Below are positions 41,311 through 57,402 of a stretch of 64,000 nt of DNA, in pieces. Made by a program: the position numbers and the translations under genes. Every line of letters starts with the position of its first letter. Position 1 is the first letter of the stretch. Source of the stretch: Eledone cirrhosa (Eukaryota); NCBI GenBank assembly GCA_964016885.1, contig OZ024756.1:33108001-33172000 (forward strand), in the 5' to 3' direction. The notes under the pieces are model-generated. The model saw only the letters and a program-made list of their open reading frames with translations. It searched no databases and was not told the DNA's origin.

Positions 41311-43599
41311 CATTGCGAGCAAATAGGTGTCTTGATGGGGTCTTTTATTATCAGTCATCTAAAAATTGCTGTCTGTGATGATGATATAATCTCTGTAATG
41401 AAGTATCTTACACACTGCAGCTACCTTTTAGAGTGACAATGTACACTATTCCCTTTATATGCAGACAGATATCTAGTTATAATCGGCTTATTTTTCCTTA
41501 GACTTAGAGATAAACTGTCATACATGCTTCAAAAATGTGTTTACAAACCGTGTACTTTATTTTACTCTTTCAGTAGGATTGTTGACCTAAATATTGCAGA
41601 TTAACAGAGCATTTGCAAAGCACATAGATTAGTCACTAAAGTTGAATCTTTGATGCACACAAAAACAAACACATACATGTGTGTAGGTTGGTTTGGCTGT
41701 GTGTGCCAAATAGATAACCGTAATAAATATATAGTTATGCGTTAAAGTCATTTCCATTGCGATTCTCTCTACGTAGTTACAGTTAAACTTAAAATAGTTC
41801 GCTTTCCAAATTCCAAACTTATATAATTAATTACGCGTAGCGTTCCACGGGTTTACACACTTCGTCTTGTAACCTGCATTCGTTAGTTTAGATTACATCA
41901 ATATCCTTCGATAACTTGCATTATTTGAATAAGCTTTCAAGCAGCTGATACTGCTAAATTTTATTCAATGAGCAGAAAATAAAAATATTTGACGCCCATT
42001 TATCAAGGAAAAAATATATATTCATTCAAAATTCATCAATTATCGATGCATTATTCAGTGATTAACATCTCATTGAATTCCAATTAAGCTACGTTTTTAG
42101 ATGCAATATAGAGTATGCATTCTACATTCCATTCAACATTTTTTCATTGCATCTTCGAACATTTTGTTTTTTTTGTACGCAGCATTTTCCGTTAATTTAA
42201 TCATATATGTGCATGTTTTATTATATTCTCTTCACATATTTGGTTAAGTGTTACACGTGACAGCAATATCTCGGTTACAAATATTTAGTTAATTTCTTGA
42301 ATTATTAATACTTTTTTTTCTTCAAAGTATGTAATGAAAGGGTATTATTATATTGTAGAGCAATTAGAGGTTACTTCATAATAAAATTTACTAAAGCTGA
42401 ACCTGATAGAAGGTATAATGGTGTATCAGGTAATGTTATTCATTATGTATTCCAAACAAGTTTTACAAACTCATACAACATTCATACAGTTTTGCCTTTA
42501 CTCAAGTAGTTAGTTTGAAATTGCGGAAATAAATGCGATTTAAACGAAATTAGTTACCTTCAATATTACACACCTGACTAATAAGAAGGCTGTGAACTAT
42601 ATTTATTATCCGACTTTTCCGAAATCTTCAAATTATTCAATATATTTCTTACTAACGCAATCATAGATCCTATCTTAATGAAATGGTTGTAGTTGTAAAT
42701 GCATTTTTCTGTCTATTATTTGGTTTATTCCGCATTAGAATGATAATCGTTCGAAGAGTAAATATGTGCGTTATCAATAATTAAATAACATTGCTGAACT
42801 AACGAGCATTTCACATCAGACAGATGTTGAGAGTATGAAGAAAAGAAGGAAGCGTAGGAAATGGAGCAATCAGTCATTTCGATTTAGGAAATGATATATA
42901 TTACGCTATGCCATCTAAATTAGAAGCAATTCAATCTATAACTGCGCAATTAGCGGCACATATATTCCATACAACCCCAGTCGTATTCTAGTATCGTTTT
43001 CTATGTAGTGAGGTTGACTTGAAGATCGATGTGGAAATAATGTAATGTTGTAATCCCAAAACGGGAATCAAATAATATAATATCCAGGCGCCACGTGACC
43101 TGACTAGTTTCCTCGTACCATTCTCCATATTGTGTAGTGAGGTTGATTTGAGGATGGATGTTGATGAAATGTTATCCCAAAAGGCACTCAAAATAGTTGA
43201 TATGGTTAATTCTACCCCACCTTATATAACTGTATTCAATGTAAAATCCCATGGTGGATCTTTAACACTCAAATAATCTATTAATGCAATAGTAAGGTAT
43301 TGCAATGTTCTAACTTGAAATATGTAATTACACTATTAACGCCTTAATATGTCAGAAAAAAAACAAAAACTATATTCTTGTATTATAAATCCAATGATTA
43401 CGAATAGTTAAGAATAATATATAATATATACAATTGTTTACTCTATTAGATGTATCAAAGTATAACGTCCGATATTATACGTACTGAATGATACCACATT
43501 CTAACTATTAGACCATCGTTATATACTGTTTATTCTAGAAGCACTTTTCTATAGTATTATATGGTATACAGGTATATATATATAATATTATATGGTATT

Positions 43600-44120
43600 G
43601 TCAGGTCGATCTCGAGTGTTACTGGTAACATGTTACCCAGTACAACCTATCTCATGGTCGGGTCGTAGGCGATTAATCCGGCAACCCCACCAAGATTGCT
43701 TGGCGGGGAGGTTGATATTTGGACACCCTGCGAGATAAATTACAAGACTCGGCAAAGGGCGGAGGAGATTCAACAGAGTCAGTGACCATCCAAAACGTTG
43801 TTTTATTTTAAAGTTATACGGAGAGTTTAAACTCCGAGGTCTGTCGTTGTATTTTCCGTTGACTGTCGTTGTATTTTCCGTGGCAAACATTTGCACCGAG
43901 GATATGTGTTGTCAGTTCCAAAAAGTGTGGCTGGTCCTACACAAGCCTTCACCACTTAAAACAAAATTTTGTGGTTCACTTCTCACATTTCCGCCTGCCT
44001 TTTGCAGGCGGAGGCCGTAGACGATGAGGATTGAAATATCACATGAGTGAGCACCGCCATCCAGAGAGCTGAACTTTTGTTGGAGACTCATATGTCGGTT
44101 ATCGACGGGAGAGTCCATCA
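43600..44120 (+). mobile_element. Internally deleted RTE-like non-autonomous element
   Basis: 5' ~190 bp homologous to the reverse complement of 51285-51474. The 3' part encodes a frameshifted C..C..GLKYHMSEH zinc-finger remnant and ends atcgacgggagagtccatca. Confidence 0.65.
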
Positions 44121-44893
44121 TATGGTATTCAAGAACTTTCCACAGAATTATTGTATAATATCATATACTATATATGGTCGAATATAAGGATTCTATACGC
44201 TCGGCAAAGGTTATGTACTGTGAATTGATTTAGTTTTCATTTAAAGTAGTATTTAATATTAGTGATGCACTTTCACTTAATATATTACGAAACTTTCTCC
44301 AATTTCATCTCGCTAATGTGTTTAATACAATGACTGTATTTAATAGGTTAGATATCTTAATGTATATTAACATGCATTGCATATCGTTTCTGGTTTCATT
44401 GGAAGCTAGATTGGCGAAACCATAGAACAGTTTTGTCGAGTGCATTCTAATGGTAATCTCCGTTAAAGTGTCTTAGAGTTCCCAATATATGATCAATATT
44501 GGTTTGATTTCAAACGTATGAGATTGCATCTTTCAGTTCTTCTCTTTACGAAATAGATCAGCAATAATCATTAATTTATTCAAATTGAATACACACAAAT
44601 ACACATACACACGGACACGCACACACTCGTACACTCACACACACATGCAAACACACACACAGGCACATTCACACATACACACACACACACACATATATAT
44701 ATTCTATTGTCTTTTAAAACGTCTATTCATAAAATTCAATGATAAACACCATTAAGCTTTCCTAATGAATTATAAATGAAATTTAAATGACGTTTATTCC
44801 TGTTACATCAAAATGGAGATTTTCGTCAAAGTCCTCTGAATGACTCTAAACAATTTGTAATTTTTTCCTACTGATTTGAATTGTTACATATAC

Positions 44894-45033
<140 letters not shown>

Positions 45034-45495
45034 TTGAATGTGTGTGCCTGTGTCACTCTGTGTCTGTGTTTGTATCTACTTGTGTATGCAATTTATAGCA
45101 ATTAATTATGTCCATAATATATAGGTGTACGTATATCCTTTTATTTTACTACTATTAAATTAAAAGCAGATTTGTTGTCAATTATATTAATAGTACATGA
45201 TCTTCATATTGTATGATAGGAATAAAACAATATGTTGCTTTAGTTTAATGTTCAAACCCCTCCTCGGCTTCTATATATAACAAGGTAACAATCTGCATGA
45301 GATTAGAAAACTAAAGTGCTTTAAATAATTAAAGTTAATCAGAACTCTATCAGGGGGTATAATTTATGGATTATCAACATTACTTCTCTTGTGCTGTGGA
45401 TGCTCTTGTTGATTTTGTTGTATGAATACGGTTCAGTCATATTGATAAATATCTCCAGGCTCACACTCATACACACTCACTCCCTCTCATATATA

Positions 45496-45647
45496 GTTCG
45501 GATAACAGTTCGGATCTAGCTGTCGTAACAGCCGGAGATAAGCCGTCGAGGTCGTGAATATTTTCATATTACCCAATCTACTACCCCATGTATCGAGTAC
45601 TTTGGTAGGTTATTCTCTACCTGGTTTTACCACACCTACCCTTTCTG
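45496..45647 (+). mobile_element. TA-embedded family B variant
   Basis: ggatctagctgtcgtaacagccggagatagccgtcgaggtc..catattacccaatctactacccc..ctggttttaccacac. Confidence 0.7.
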
Positions 45648-45745
45648 TATATACCCACATTCAAACACACAATATCTCTCTATCTCCCCCTCTCTCTCTC
45701 TCTCTCTCTCTCTCTCGCTCCCACTCTCTCTCTCTCTCGCTCTCA

Positions 45746-45807
<62 letters not shown>

Positions 45808-47017
45808 CCAGGAATATTCCAGCACCTTTTCCTATAAAGGATAAACAAGCAAAATATGGCATTTTTGTGATAGGATGTCTAGCATAGGCATGATTCTCAA
45901 CTTTAACTGGAGTGACGAAGAATTAAGATGGCAAACGTTTTGAAAGTAAAATGGACACGTTGGATAAAAATACAATATATTTACAGCTGAAGCACGTATG
46001 TTCATATGACTATTGGTTAAGGCCTTACATAGTGCAAAAGAAAAACGTTTTTTTTCTCTGAGATTACAATCAGGAATATATACTCGTTTAGAAAGGATTA
46101 TACAATAAAATGAAGTACACGCGATTTAAAAAAAAAAAATAAATAAATAAATTAGTTTTAAAATACGAAATTCTAAATTCGATGCGTTAAAATCATTATT
46201 TATTTATCTAGTCATTTATTTTTTTCAATAATTTAAATTTAATTCCGATTTTGAAATTCAGTTTTATTTTAGATAGTTTATTTATATTGGTTTAAAAAAC
46301 TATTTCAGATTCATAAATTTGAATTAATAGAGACAAAAATATATAAAACAAAATAAAGAGACCTTGCTAAATGAAAAGAAAAATCAAATATTGGAAAAAA
46401 TTGAATCATAACTAAATTTGAAATTTCTCATTTCTGTATAATACGTTGCACCCACGTTTATTAGAATCGCAGTCGACAATCGTGATACGATTTTGAATAT
46501 ATTACGTAACTACAGCAACTAATATATAGTAAAATAACTAAAAATATCTAAAATTAAGCGTGCTTTAGAATCTACAATTCTATCTATGAATAAATGGTAA
46601 ATAGTAACGGATATAAACAAATAATTTCAAAAAATAAAAATAAAAAGCATAACTAAGTCCATTGCAGAGTTTATCAGCAGATGATCTGAAATATGTTTAA
46701 GAGAACATATAGCGTGATAATATTGCTGATAGCAAAACGATTTCCAAAACCGGCAATATGAAACACTGTGAGATCTTAACGGCTATTATGCCGAAGTTAA
46801 ATTATACGGTATACGTTGCATTCATGACCAACATACTTAGTGTGTTACTATTTGATAAATTATTTCATTCTATTTTCACACTCATACTCACACATACATA
46901 TATAAGTGTGTGTATGTGTGTGTATATATGTGTGTGTTTGTGCATATATGTGTGTGTGTTTGTTACTATTTGATAAAGTATGTCTCTCTATTTGCACACT
47001 CATACACACACAAAGAC

Positions 47018-47049
<32 letters not shown>

Positions 47050-47240
47050 GTGTATGTGTGTGTGTGTGTGTGTACCTTTACCGAGAAAATGTATTATCTC
47101 CTCGCTATCAGCAACATTGGCAACAGGAACATGTTTCTCCAGGGATTATGTTAAAATGTAAAGCCAGTTAGCTAGGTGCCTCGATGTTAAAACCTTTGCT
47201 TGCTCTCAAATATACAATGTCATGCGAAAGTTTATATATC

Positions 47241-47602
<362 letters not shown>

Positions 47603-47621
47603 TAATATATATATATATATA

Positions 47622-48203
47622 GTTATACTTTGGGAGGGTCATGTTGCCAATAAGATACACATGCACCAAATTTTTCACTCCAATTTATTATAAATCTGAA
47701 AAAAAATAAAAATTTGTATTTCTTTTATAAATTTCTGGTTGGTTGGTTCTACAACCGGACGGTTGTTCATATATTGTCAAAGTTTTTTCGTCACACATTC
47801 TGTGACCTCTTCGGTAACTGGGCATTATTTTCTTTGTTTTGGGCCTCACCTTTGTTCTGTCCTACGTCATCTTGTTTTTATTTAAAAGACACATAAAAAC
47901 AAGATGGTGTAGCACAGAATAAAGGAGAGGCACAAAACCAAGAAAAGAAACCCCAGTCACCGAAGAGGTCACAGAATGTGTGACGAAAGAACGTTGACAA
48001 TATATGAACAACCGTCCGGTTGTAGAACCAGCCAACCAACCGGAAATTTAAAAAACATTTTTTTTTTTTATAATAAATTGGAGTGAAAGCAATTGGTGCA
48101 TGTGTTTTTTATTGGCAACATGACCCTCCCAAAGTATAACAATATCGGTTTCAACACACGTTTTCAGATAAAGAATCTTGCTAAACAAATTCAGAAACGA
48201 AAT
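47622..48203 (+). mobile_element. Family F, ~260-bp-arm head-to-head inverted duplication
   Basis: Arms 47622-47881 and 47892-48140. Each holds gt(c/t)a-ccgaaga-ggtcaca..tgtgac-gaaa..tgac. Unique tail to 48203 is shared with 26490-26550. Confidence 0.85.
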
Positions 48204-48530
48204 ATATATATATATATTGGATTAAATTTTCCTTTCATCCTTATAGTAAGCACTGTATTGACTTCTTACACACACACACACTCACACATATATATAAACA
48301 TTCACATACGAATTATATATATATGTGAGTGTGTCAGTGAGTGCGTGTGAGTGTGGGTGTAAATACATACGTATATGTGTATTCGAATTTCAGTAAATAT
48401 CCAATACAGTAATAGTGTAAATAAAACGTGATATTAAAATTTCTCAATATTTATTTCTATAAACAGTGGAAGAGAGTATGGGAGAGGAAGAGAAGTGAAA
48501 ACAAGAGAGTGAAAAAGATAGAATTATAGC

Positions 48531-48651
<121 letters not shown>

Positions 48652-49578
48652 TATATAAGTATATATATAGTATTGTCATTTCATTACTTTCTTGTACATA
48701 TTGTTTATATTTTGCTATCGTTACCTTATATTTACAGAGAATATGTTACAAGCATTACTTCGTATTTTATCATGCTAATACTATCTACGGGATATAGGAA
48801 TTTATGATATAGAAAAATATAGGTGTAAAAAGTAAGTTATTAGTATGGAACAAAATTGATTTCTTTAATAATTTTTACTGTTAAATTGCAATGTCTTTAT
48901 TAGTTAAGAAATATATAAAATGGAAACATTGGAATGAAATGCTCACAATGTCTTACTGTTTCAATATTTTTGTGGAAAATTCTTCGCATATATAAATTAC
49001 TCGACCAATGAGATTATCGTTAATGGGACTATATATATATATATATACAGGTATCTATCTATCTATCTCTATCTTTCTCTCTGTCGCTCTCTCTTTCTCT
49101 CTCGCTCTCTCTCTCTCTCTCTATCTATATATCTATATATATATATATATATATATACACCCACATATGTATGTGTGTATGTATTTAGGTATATGTGTGC
49201 GTTTGCATATGTGTGTGCTGCAGTAATAGTAGAATGCCATCATCTAAATGTATTTATTAGTGTCTTCTCTTCTGTCACACTTTTAGAAATATCTTATAAG
49301 AATCAATAAAATGTTTAAACCAGCACAGGAAAAAGGAATACATAATTTATTGGTATTGCACTGAAATATATGTGCCTCCCACGTACAGATCTGTAAATAT
49401 AAGAACGGGTTTAACTCAACTGTTACTGAAAATGTTTAGCAAATGGTACAAATGGACTTTCATCCCCCGCATTTTACCAGCTGATGTATGCAAAGATACT
49501 CTCTTATCGACCTCATCTTAGTCGAAACTCTTCATTAGGAAAATAAGCAAATTTATTCCCATACATACATACACACAC

Positions 49579-49637
<59 letters not shown>

Positions 49638-49639
<2 letters not shown>

Positions 49640-49720
49640 GGAAGGCACGTGGCTGAGTGGTAAGAGAATAGGATTCACAATCGTGAGGTTTTAAGTTTGA
49701 CACTTTATTTCACGTTGCTC
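49638..49720 (+). mobile_element. tRNA-headed CORE-type SINE fragment (internally deleted)
   Basis: ggcacgtggctgagtggtaagag..tcacaatcgtgagg..aagttt|gacactttatttcacgttgctc. Confidence 0.65.
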
Positions 49721-49944
49721 ATATATATGTATATTTATATACTGTATAGTCGATCGACTTTTTATCTAATCCGACCGAGAAAACAATGTTTCCGTTGGTC
49801 TTTCCAATTGCTAAAACTTTGTATATAGATATACAGTTATATATAATATGTATACACACAGTTACATACAAATATACAGACAGATGCACACACACACATA
49901 TATATATATATATTTCGTTATTATTATGTTGGGCTAATTTTGGT

Positions 49945-50325
49945 CTGAGGCGGTGGAGAGTCGGACTCTATGCTTTCCAGCATAGTTACGTCCCTTTATG
50001 TTCTGAGTTTAAATCCCTAAAGTTACAATACGGTCTAAATCATGAATGACGTATACGATAATGTCTAACTTCTATACAGGAACGTATGACGGAACAGTCA
50101 TAAATATACGAAAGAACCTCGCATTATAGTTGTGTTCGATTGATTGGCAGTATCTGTAGAAAGTCGAACAACATGCTTTGCAGCATAGAGTTACGAGCCA
50201 TTACGGTTCGAGTTCAAATCCCGCCGAGGTTAATTTGCCTTTTATCCTTACGGGGTCGATAAAATAAAGTACCAGTAATGTACTGGGTATTTGCTGGCCT
50301 TTTGCCTAAAGTAGAAACAATTATT
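49945..50325 (+). mobile_element. Composite: SINE A head + 125-bp module + full SINE A
   Basis: Head fragment 49945-50016, module about 50017-50140, SINE 50141-50325. Confidence 0.85.
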
Positions 50326-50862
50326 TTGGTCTAATTACATGTATTTTAGGATTATTATTGCATTTAACATAAGATTGACTAGTTTCTATTCAGTGACTTT
50401 TTAAAATGTTAATGAACATACTCTATCAGATACAAACGCTAGAACACCAGAATATCATAGCAACGGAACTGCGGAATGTAATAATTCTTTATCGATTTCA
50501 TATATCATTCACATCTGATGAATGACGGAATGGATACATATCAATAAATAATTGATGTATAATAACTATGCGATTGGCTAGACAATACAATTTATGTTTG
50601 TATTCATTTTTTGTTTCAATTTCAGATCTCAAAGAGAAGCGTTCACAAATTTCTCTCCGTATATATGTAAACTTGTTTTACATATATATATATACACATA
50701 GGTACATACACATACATACATACGTACATACATATATAGATACATACGTAGATACACATACATACATACGTGCATTCTTATATAGATACATACATACACA
50801 TAGATACGTACATAGATATATCGATACATACGTACATACACATATATACATCTATACATATA

Positions 50863-51474
50863 TGGTGGTGGCTGCCAACTCGTTTTCGAGTACGGCCACT
50901 ACTTTATATCCATGTAGGAGAACCCCTGCCGATGCGCTGAACGAGTGTGACTTTTTAGTCCAGCCAGCGACTTGATAATTATGGTACAAACACTACACTT
51001 GTGACAATTATTGACACATAGTGCTGGGCCCATGGTACCATGTGACGACAAGTGCAGAGAGATCTCCAGATATAAAGCAATGCCTGTGCCGTGAAGCTTT
51101 TATAGTGAGCAAAGGCACTGCACAAAGCCAGTCCCACTGTCTTAACCAAGATGATATTTACCAAAAAGAAGAACAAGTCAACATCATTGGATACCATCAG
51201 GGTTGCAGGTATTATATCAGAGTTTTCCTTCTCCTAGAATTCTGCCTTGACAAAGACTAAGGGGTTATCTCTCCCAGTGATTTTAGATGGCCATTGACTC
51301 TTAAGAGATCCTTTGCCCTTTGACAGGTTTTGTTTTTAGTGCTGCAGGATGTCCAAAGTCACCCTCCTCACCAAGAAACCTTGGTGGGGTTGCCAGTTTA
51401 GTCGCCAACGACCCGACCATGAGACGGTTTGTACTGGGATACATGTTACCAGTAGCACCAACTGGTAACCTGAC
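50863..51474 (-). mobile_element. Internally deleted RTE-like element, copy 1
   Basis: ~610 bp, highly similar to 51751-52360. 5' UTR-like part plus C2H2 remnant. Confidence 0.75.
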
Positions 51475-51638
51475 ATACATATATAGGTACATACGTACAT
51501 ACACATACATACTTATATAGATACATACGTGCATACACATACATACATATATAGATACATACGTATATACACACACGTACATACATACTTACATACATAC
51601 TTACCTACATAAATAGACATACATACATACGTAAATAC

Positions 51639-52360
<722 letters not shown>

Positions 52361-52402
52361 ACACATATATATATATATACACACATACATACGTACGTAT
52401 GT

Positions 52403-52517
<115 letters not shown>

Positions 52518-52593
52518 ATATTAATAAATGGAAACTATTATTATAAAACCATAATTATCTTTGCTATCCCAACAAATAAAATATAACTTCTGC

Positions 52594-52626
<33 letters not shown>

Positions 52627-52645
52627 ATATATTTATATATATATA

Positions 52646-52825
52646 AGTTTACCCCAGGTTCAATCGGAGGTAAGCACAGTACACAATTCATAGCAGAGTA
52701 TAAATATTTCATATAGAAATGGCTTCTATAGGGCTTGAAATGTTTTATTCGAGAGAAATCATCAGGCTTCCTGGTGATTTCTCCCAAATAAAACAGTTAT
52801 TTTCATCTAGAAGGCATTTCTATAT
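52646..52825 (-). mobile_element. Family C with fold-back
   Basis: atatagaaatggcttcta..gagaaatcatcagg-ctt-cctggtgatttctc..tagaaggcatttctatat; tail is the reverse complement of 15480-15535. Confidence 0.75.
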
Positions 52826-53061
52826 TAAAAACATACATACACACACACATATATATATGTGAGAAAAACCACAGACCCTCCATCTCAACTCTACTTTTGA
52901 AAAGCAGAAGAACTGCGAAACCGGTAAAGGAACCAAATAAATATATATATTTTAAAAAAAAATAAGACTCCAGTTGCATTTTCGATTTCATCTCTTTTTC
53001 TTTATACTTTCACTCGTGTAGGACACCTCGGTTATTTTTCAATTTGTAAAAAAAACCTCAC

Positions 53062-53123
<62 letters not shown>

Positions 53124-53643
53124 GTATATATATATATTATATAATGATAATTTTCGGATGATAATTTTCCAATCATCTTGTGTTACAGACAGCATAACCT
53201 GCAGATGTTCATTTATGTATTTAGTGTATTACATTCATTCATCTCGTTTTTGATCTGGGTCATTTAATTGGATTGATATATATTTATAATTGCCTGAATA
53301 TTTAGCAGCATTAATTCTAACCAGAATTCGTGGTGTATTCGTGCTTTCTTTTTTTTAAATCTGATCATATTAATCCCAGCTATATGACATCAAAGATGTA
53401 CAATGTCAGCCATGTAATAGAGGTGACAACATCAATGTTAATAAAGAAATATTTGTAATATCAAATTCAACTTGTCATCTATATGAAAATTATTTAAGGG
53501 AGAGCAACAGAGACGAAGAGTATTGATAACGTATGTTATTGATGTGTCATGAAAGATGCTTTTGTTCTTAATGGCTTAGCTAGAGGACAAATTTCTGTGC
53601 CTATTATGTTATTGTCAGACAAGCAATAACATAAAAATCATTT

Positions 53644-53816
<173 letters not shown>

Positions 53817-53946
53817 CCCTCCCTCTCTCCATATATATATATTTGTTTTGCAAGGTCTTTTATACGAAATCGTGTGTTGAAACAAATATTATTATATATG
53901 TATACATATGTATATATGTATACATATGTATATATGTATACATATG

Positions 53947-54052
<106 letters not shown>

Positions 54053-54452
54053 TTAGGATAGAACCAGTTTGAAACTGTTTAGACCATTGCTATACGAAGT
54101 ACTCGTTCCTCCTATAAGGAGTCGGGACACGATGGGTGAGTTGTTGTGGTTCCACCATCTGTGTCTGGATCTAGTTGTTGAAACAGTCATAACTCAGCCG
54201 TAGGGTATTGTTGATAAATGAAACAAAACAAAGCCCAAAAATGCTAAAGTACACAGTTATATTAGGTTTACAATTGGAGGAAGTGGATAAGGGCTCATCG
54301 TTGCGGACAGAAGTTCCTCTTCAGGATATTTCGGATAAGGAAAAAAGTGATGGACGTATGAGTTGTCTGAATCGGTCAGGATATTTGTGTATATATATAT
54401 ATGTTTGTGTATATATATATATATTTGTGTATATATATATATATATATATAT

Positions 54453-54695
54453 CGTTATGCTTTGGGAGGGTCATGTTGCCAATAAGAAACACACGCACCA
54501 TGCTTTCACTCCAATTTATTATAAATTAAATTTATAAATTTCCGGTTGATTGGTTTGTTCCACAATCGGATGGTTGTTCATATATTGTCAATGTTCTTTC
54601 GTCACACATTATGTGACCTTTTCAGTGACTGGGGATTCTTTTCTTTGTTTTTGTGCCTCTCCTTTGTTCTGTCCCACGCCATCTTGTTTTGGTGT
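54453..54695 (-). mobile_element. Family F copy
   Basis: gttatgctttgggagggtcatgttgcc..tgtcaatgttctttcgtcacacattatgtgaccttttcagtgactgggg. Confidence 0.8.
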
Positions 54696-55289
54696 GTATA
54701 TATATATATAGTATTAGCAATGGCGCTCAGGAAAATCGGATTCAGAAAACAATCACCCAAAGCATTTAGTATCTTAGTCAGATTCAGCGAGGAAATATGA
54801 TTCCTTGTATATATTTTTATAGGCGTGTTTCATCTATATTTATGGCATTACTTTAATTTGAACTCGAGGTTAGATATAAAATCTAGAAGTGAATACAGAA
54901 GTGCAACTATTAACCCAACAAAGTGGGTGGAATAAAACGATGCAACTTTCCAAAGAGTTTCTAGTGTCGAATAACTCGTTTGGACATTTCTTTTTAACTT
55001 TATTATATTTACATATATATTTGTTGATTTCGCTGTTTGTATTATCACCAACAGTGTTATTATTATTGTTATTGTTGTTGTACCTTTACTGTACTGTATA
55101 CTAGACAATTGTCCGTATTTATATATCTTATATAAACAAACATTACTTGCAGAATTCAAAGGATAAAAACATCGAATCAGCGTCTAGAGGTCTAAAATCG
55201 AGTATTTCTTAATTTTTAAATGCCTCTTCTTAAAGTTTTATCTATTGAGGTACACAAATCTTGTATTCTTGTCTCTTCCTTTGTTCGGT

Positions 55290-55552
55290 TTTCTTCTTCT
55301 TCTTCTTCTTCTTCTTCTTCTTCTTCTTCTTCTTCTTCTTCTTCTTCTTCTTCTTCTTCTTCTTCTTCTTCTTCTTCTTCTTCTTCTTCGTCTTCTTCTT
55401 CTCATTATTATTATTACTATTATTATTATTATCATGATCATCATCACCTTCATTGTCATCATCATCATCATCATCATAATCATTATTATTATTATTATGA
55501 TTATTATTATTATTAGTAGTAGTAGTAGCAGTAGTAGTCGCAGTAGTATCGG

Positions 55553-55622
<70 letters not shown>

Positions 55623-55651
55623 GCTACTACTACTACTACTACTACTACTAC
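55290..55651. repeat. Compound trinucleotide array (TTC)n(ATT)n(ATC)n(ATT)n(AGT)n(ACT)n
   Basis: Direct reading. Confidence 0.95.
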
Positions 55652-56030
55652 GGTGCCTATTATTATAGATATTATTTAAATTCGTGTGTGGTGTTTACAA
55701 TGTTAAAAACAAGCTGTAGTCATTGTCCATTACGGAAACTCTATTGAAAAAATATTGGGCGCCACCATTGAGGACTTTACTATATCGAAGTAAGTGCTGC
55801 ACAGCAGATATACAAGTCAATGAAGCAGTGAGATATTGGCGCCATATCTCACACTATCTTTTATATAATCACCAGTTTTATTGTTTGCTGGTTTGCAATC
55901 CATCACACTCCTAGAAATATAACAGCAAATCGACCATTTAAAATTTACGTATAAATGTATATATTTGTTATTGTATGAAGTGAAGGAACGTGGTTTTCGC
56001 TAAATAATCATTTCCTATATATCTTCCTGT

Positions 56031-56113
<83 letters not shown>

Positions 56114-56200
56114 GTGTGTGTGTATGTATGTGTGGTAGTGTTTGTGTATATATATATATGTGTGTGTATATTATGTATGTATGTGTGGTAGTGTGTGTAT

Positions 56201-56232
<32 letters not shown>

Positions 56233-56949
56233 TATATATATATTTGTGTGTGCGTATGTGACTGTATATTGGCGGGAGAAGTTGACACGGATTTTGAAAT
56301 TCGAAGTGGAAGGGCAGCTTCAAATCCCATTATAGATAGACATCCCACACTCTAATATAACAATTGGGTGTACTTTAAGTTCAGTACATGTCCATACTTA
56401 TAAGTATATTTATATTTATATAAATATATATATAAGTATATGTGTATATGTATATATCTGCGAGTATATATATATTTATATATATATATATATATATGCT
56501 ATATGAATATATGCTATATCTTCACATATTTCTCCATGCTCCTTCAACCGTTGTTATTTATTTATCTATCAATTTCTATCATTTTCATTCCATTCACATT
56601 AGACATGTCTAATCTCATACAAACATAAAATGGACGTTCGTACGGATGGACGCATATATATATACAAATTATAATTACTGATGTTACTGACGTAGACACA
56701 TTACCAAACATTTTGCGGGGAAGGGAAAGTGCGTTACTGGTATCTTATTTTAATGATCGCCATAAGGAGGAAATTAAAGCTAACATCGTCTAGATTTCAA
56801 ATCAGATTGAGTCAGCTGGTGATATTCACATGCACTTAGCTGAGCAGAAGACTTTAGACATGTTTATCCTGACCCAAATTTAGACGAATACTTAGAGGTA
56901 TCCAATCTGTAATAAGACTGACCATTTGAATTACAATTATAACTGCATA

Positions 56950-57085
56950 ATCTAGTTGATTCAACTGGAACAACGTAAAATATACAAGTATCTTGCTCAA
57001 GGTCACGAGATATGTCACAGGCCCGAAATCGAACTCACGACTTGACGTTGGTGTGACTAATACCATATACACTAAGGCACATACA
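56950..57085 (-). mobile_element. CORE-type SINE relic
   Basis: ctggaacaacgtaaaata..agtatcttgctcaaggtcac..cccgaaatcgaactcacgac..cactaaggcaca; CORE-like ccttgagcaagatact on the minus strand. Confidence 0.65.
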
Positions 57086-57287
57086 TACAAGATATCAAAC
57101 CAACTCAACTAATATTTATTTTGCAAATGTTTTTGCAAATATATATATGTATACATATATATTTTTGAAAATGTTTTGCAAATATATATATGTATACATA
57201 TATAAATATAAATATATATACATATGTAACATTTAAATAGAAATAACTACACAATTGGCACATATATCTATCTATCTATCTATCTAT

Positions 57288-57402
<115 letters not shown>

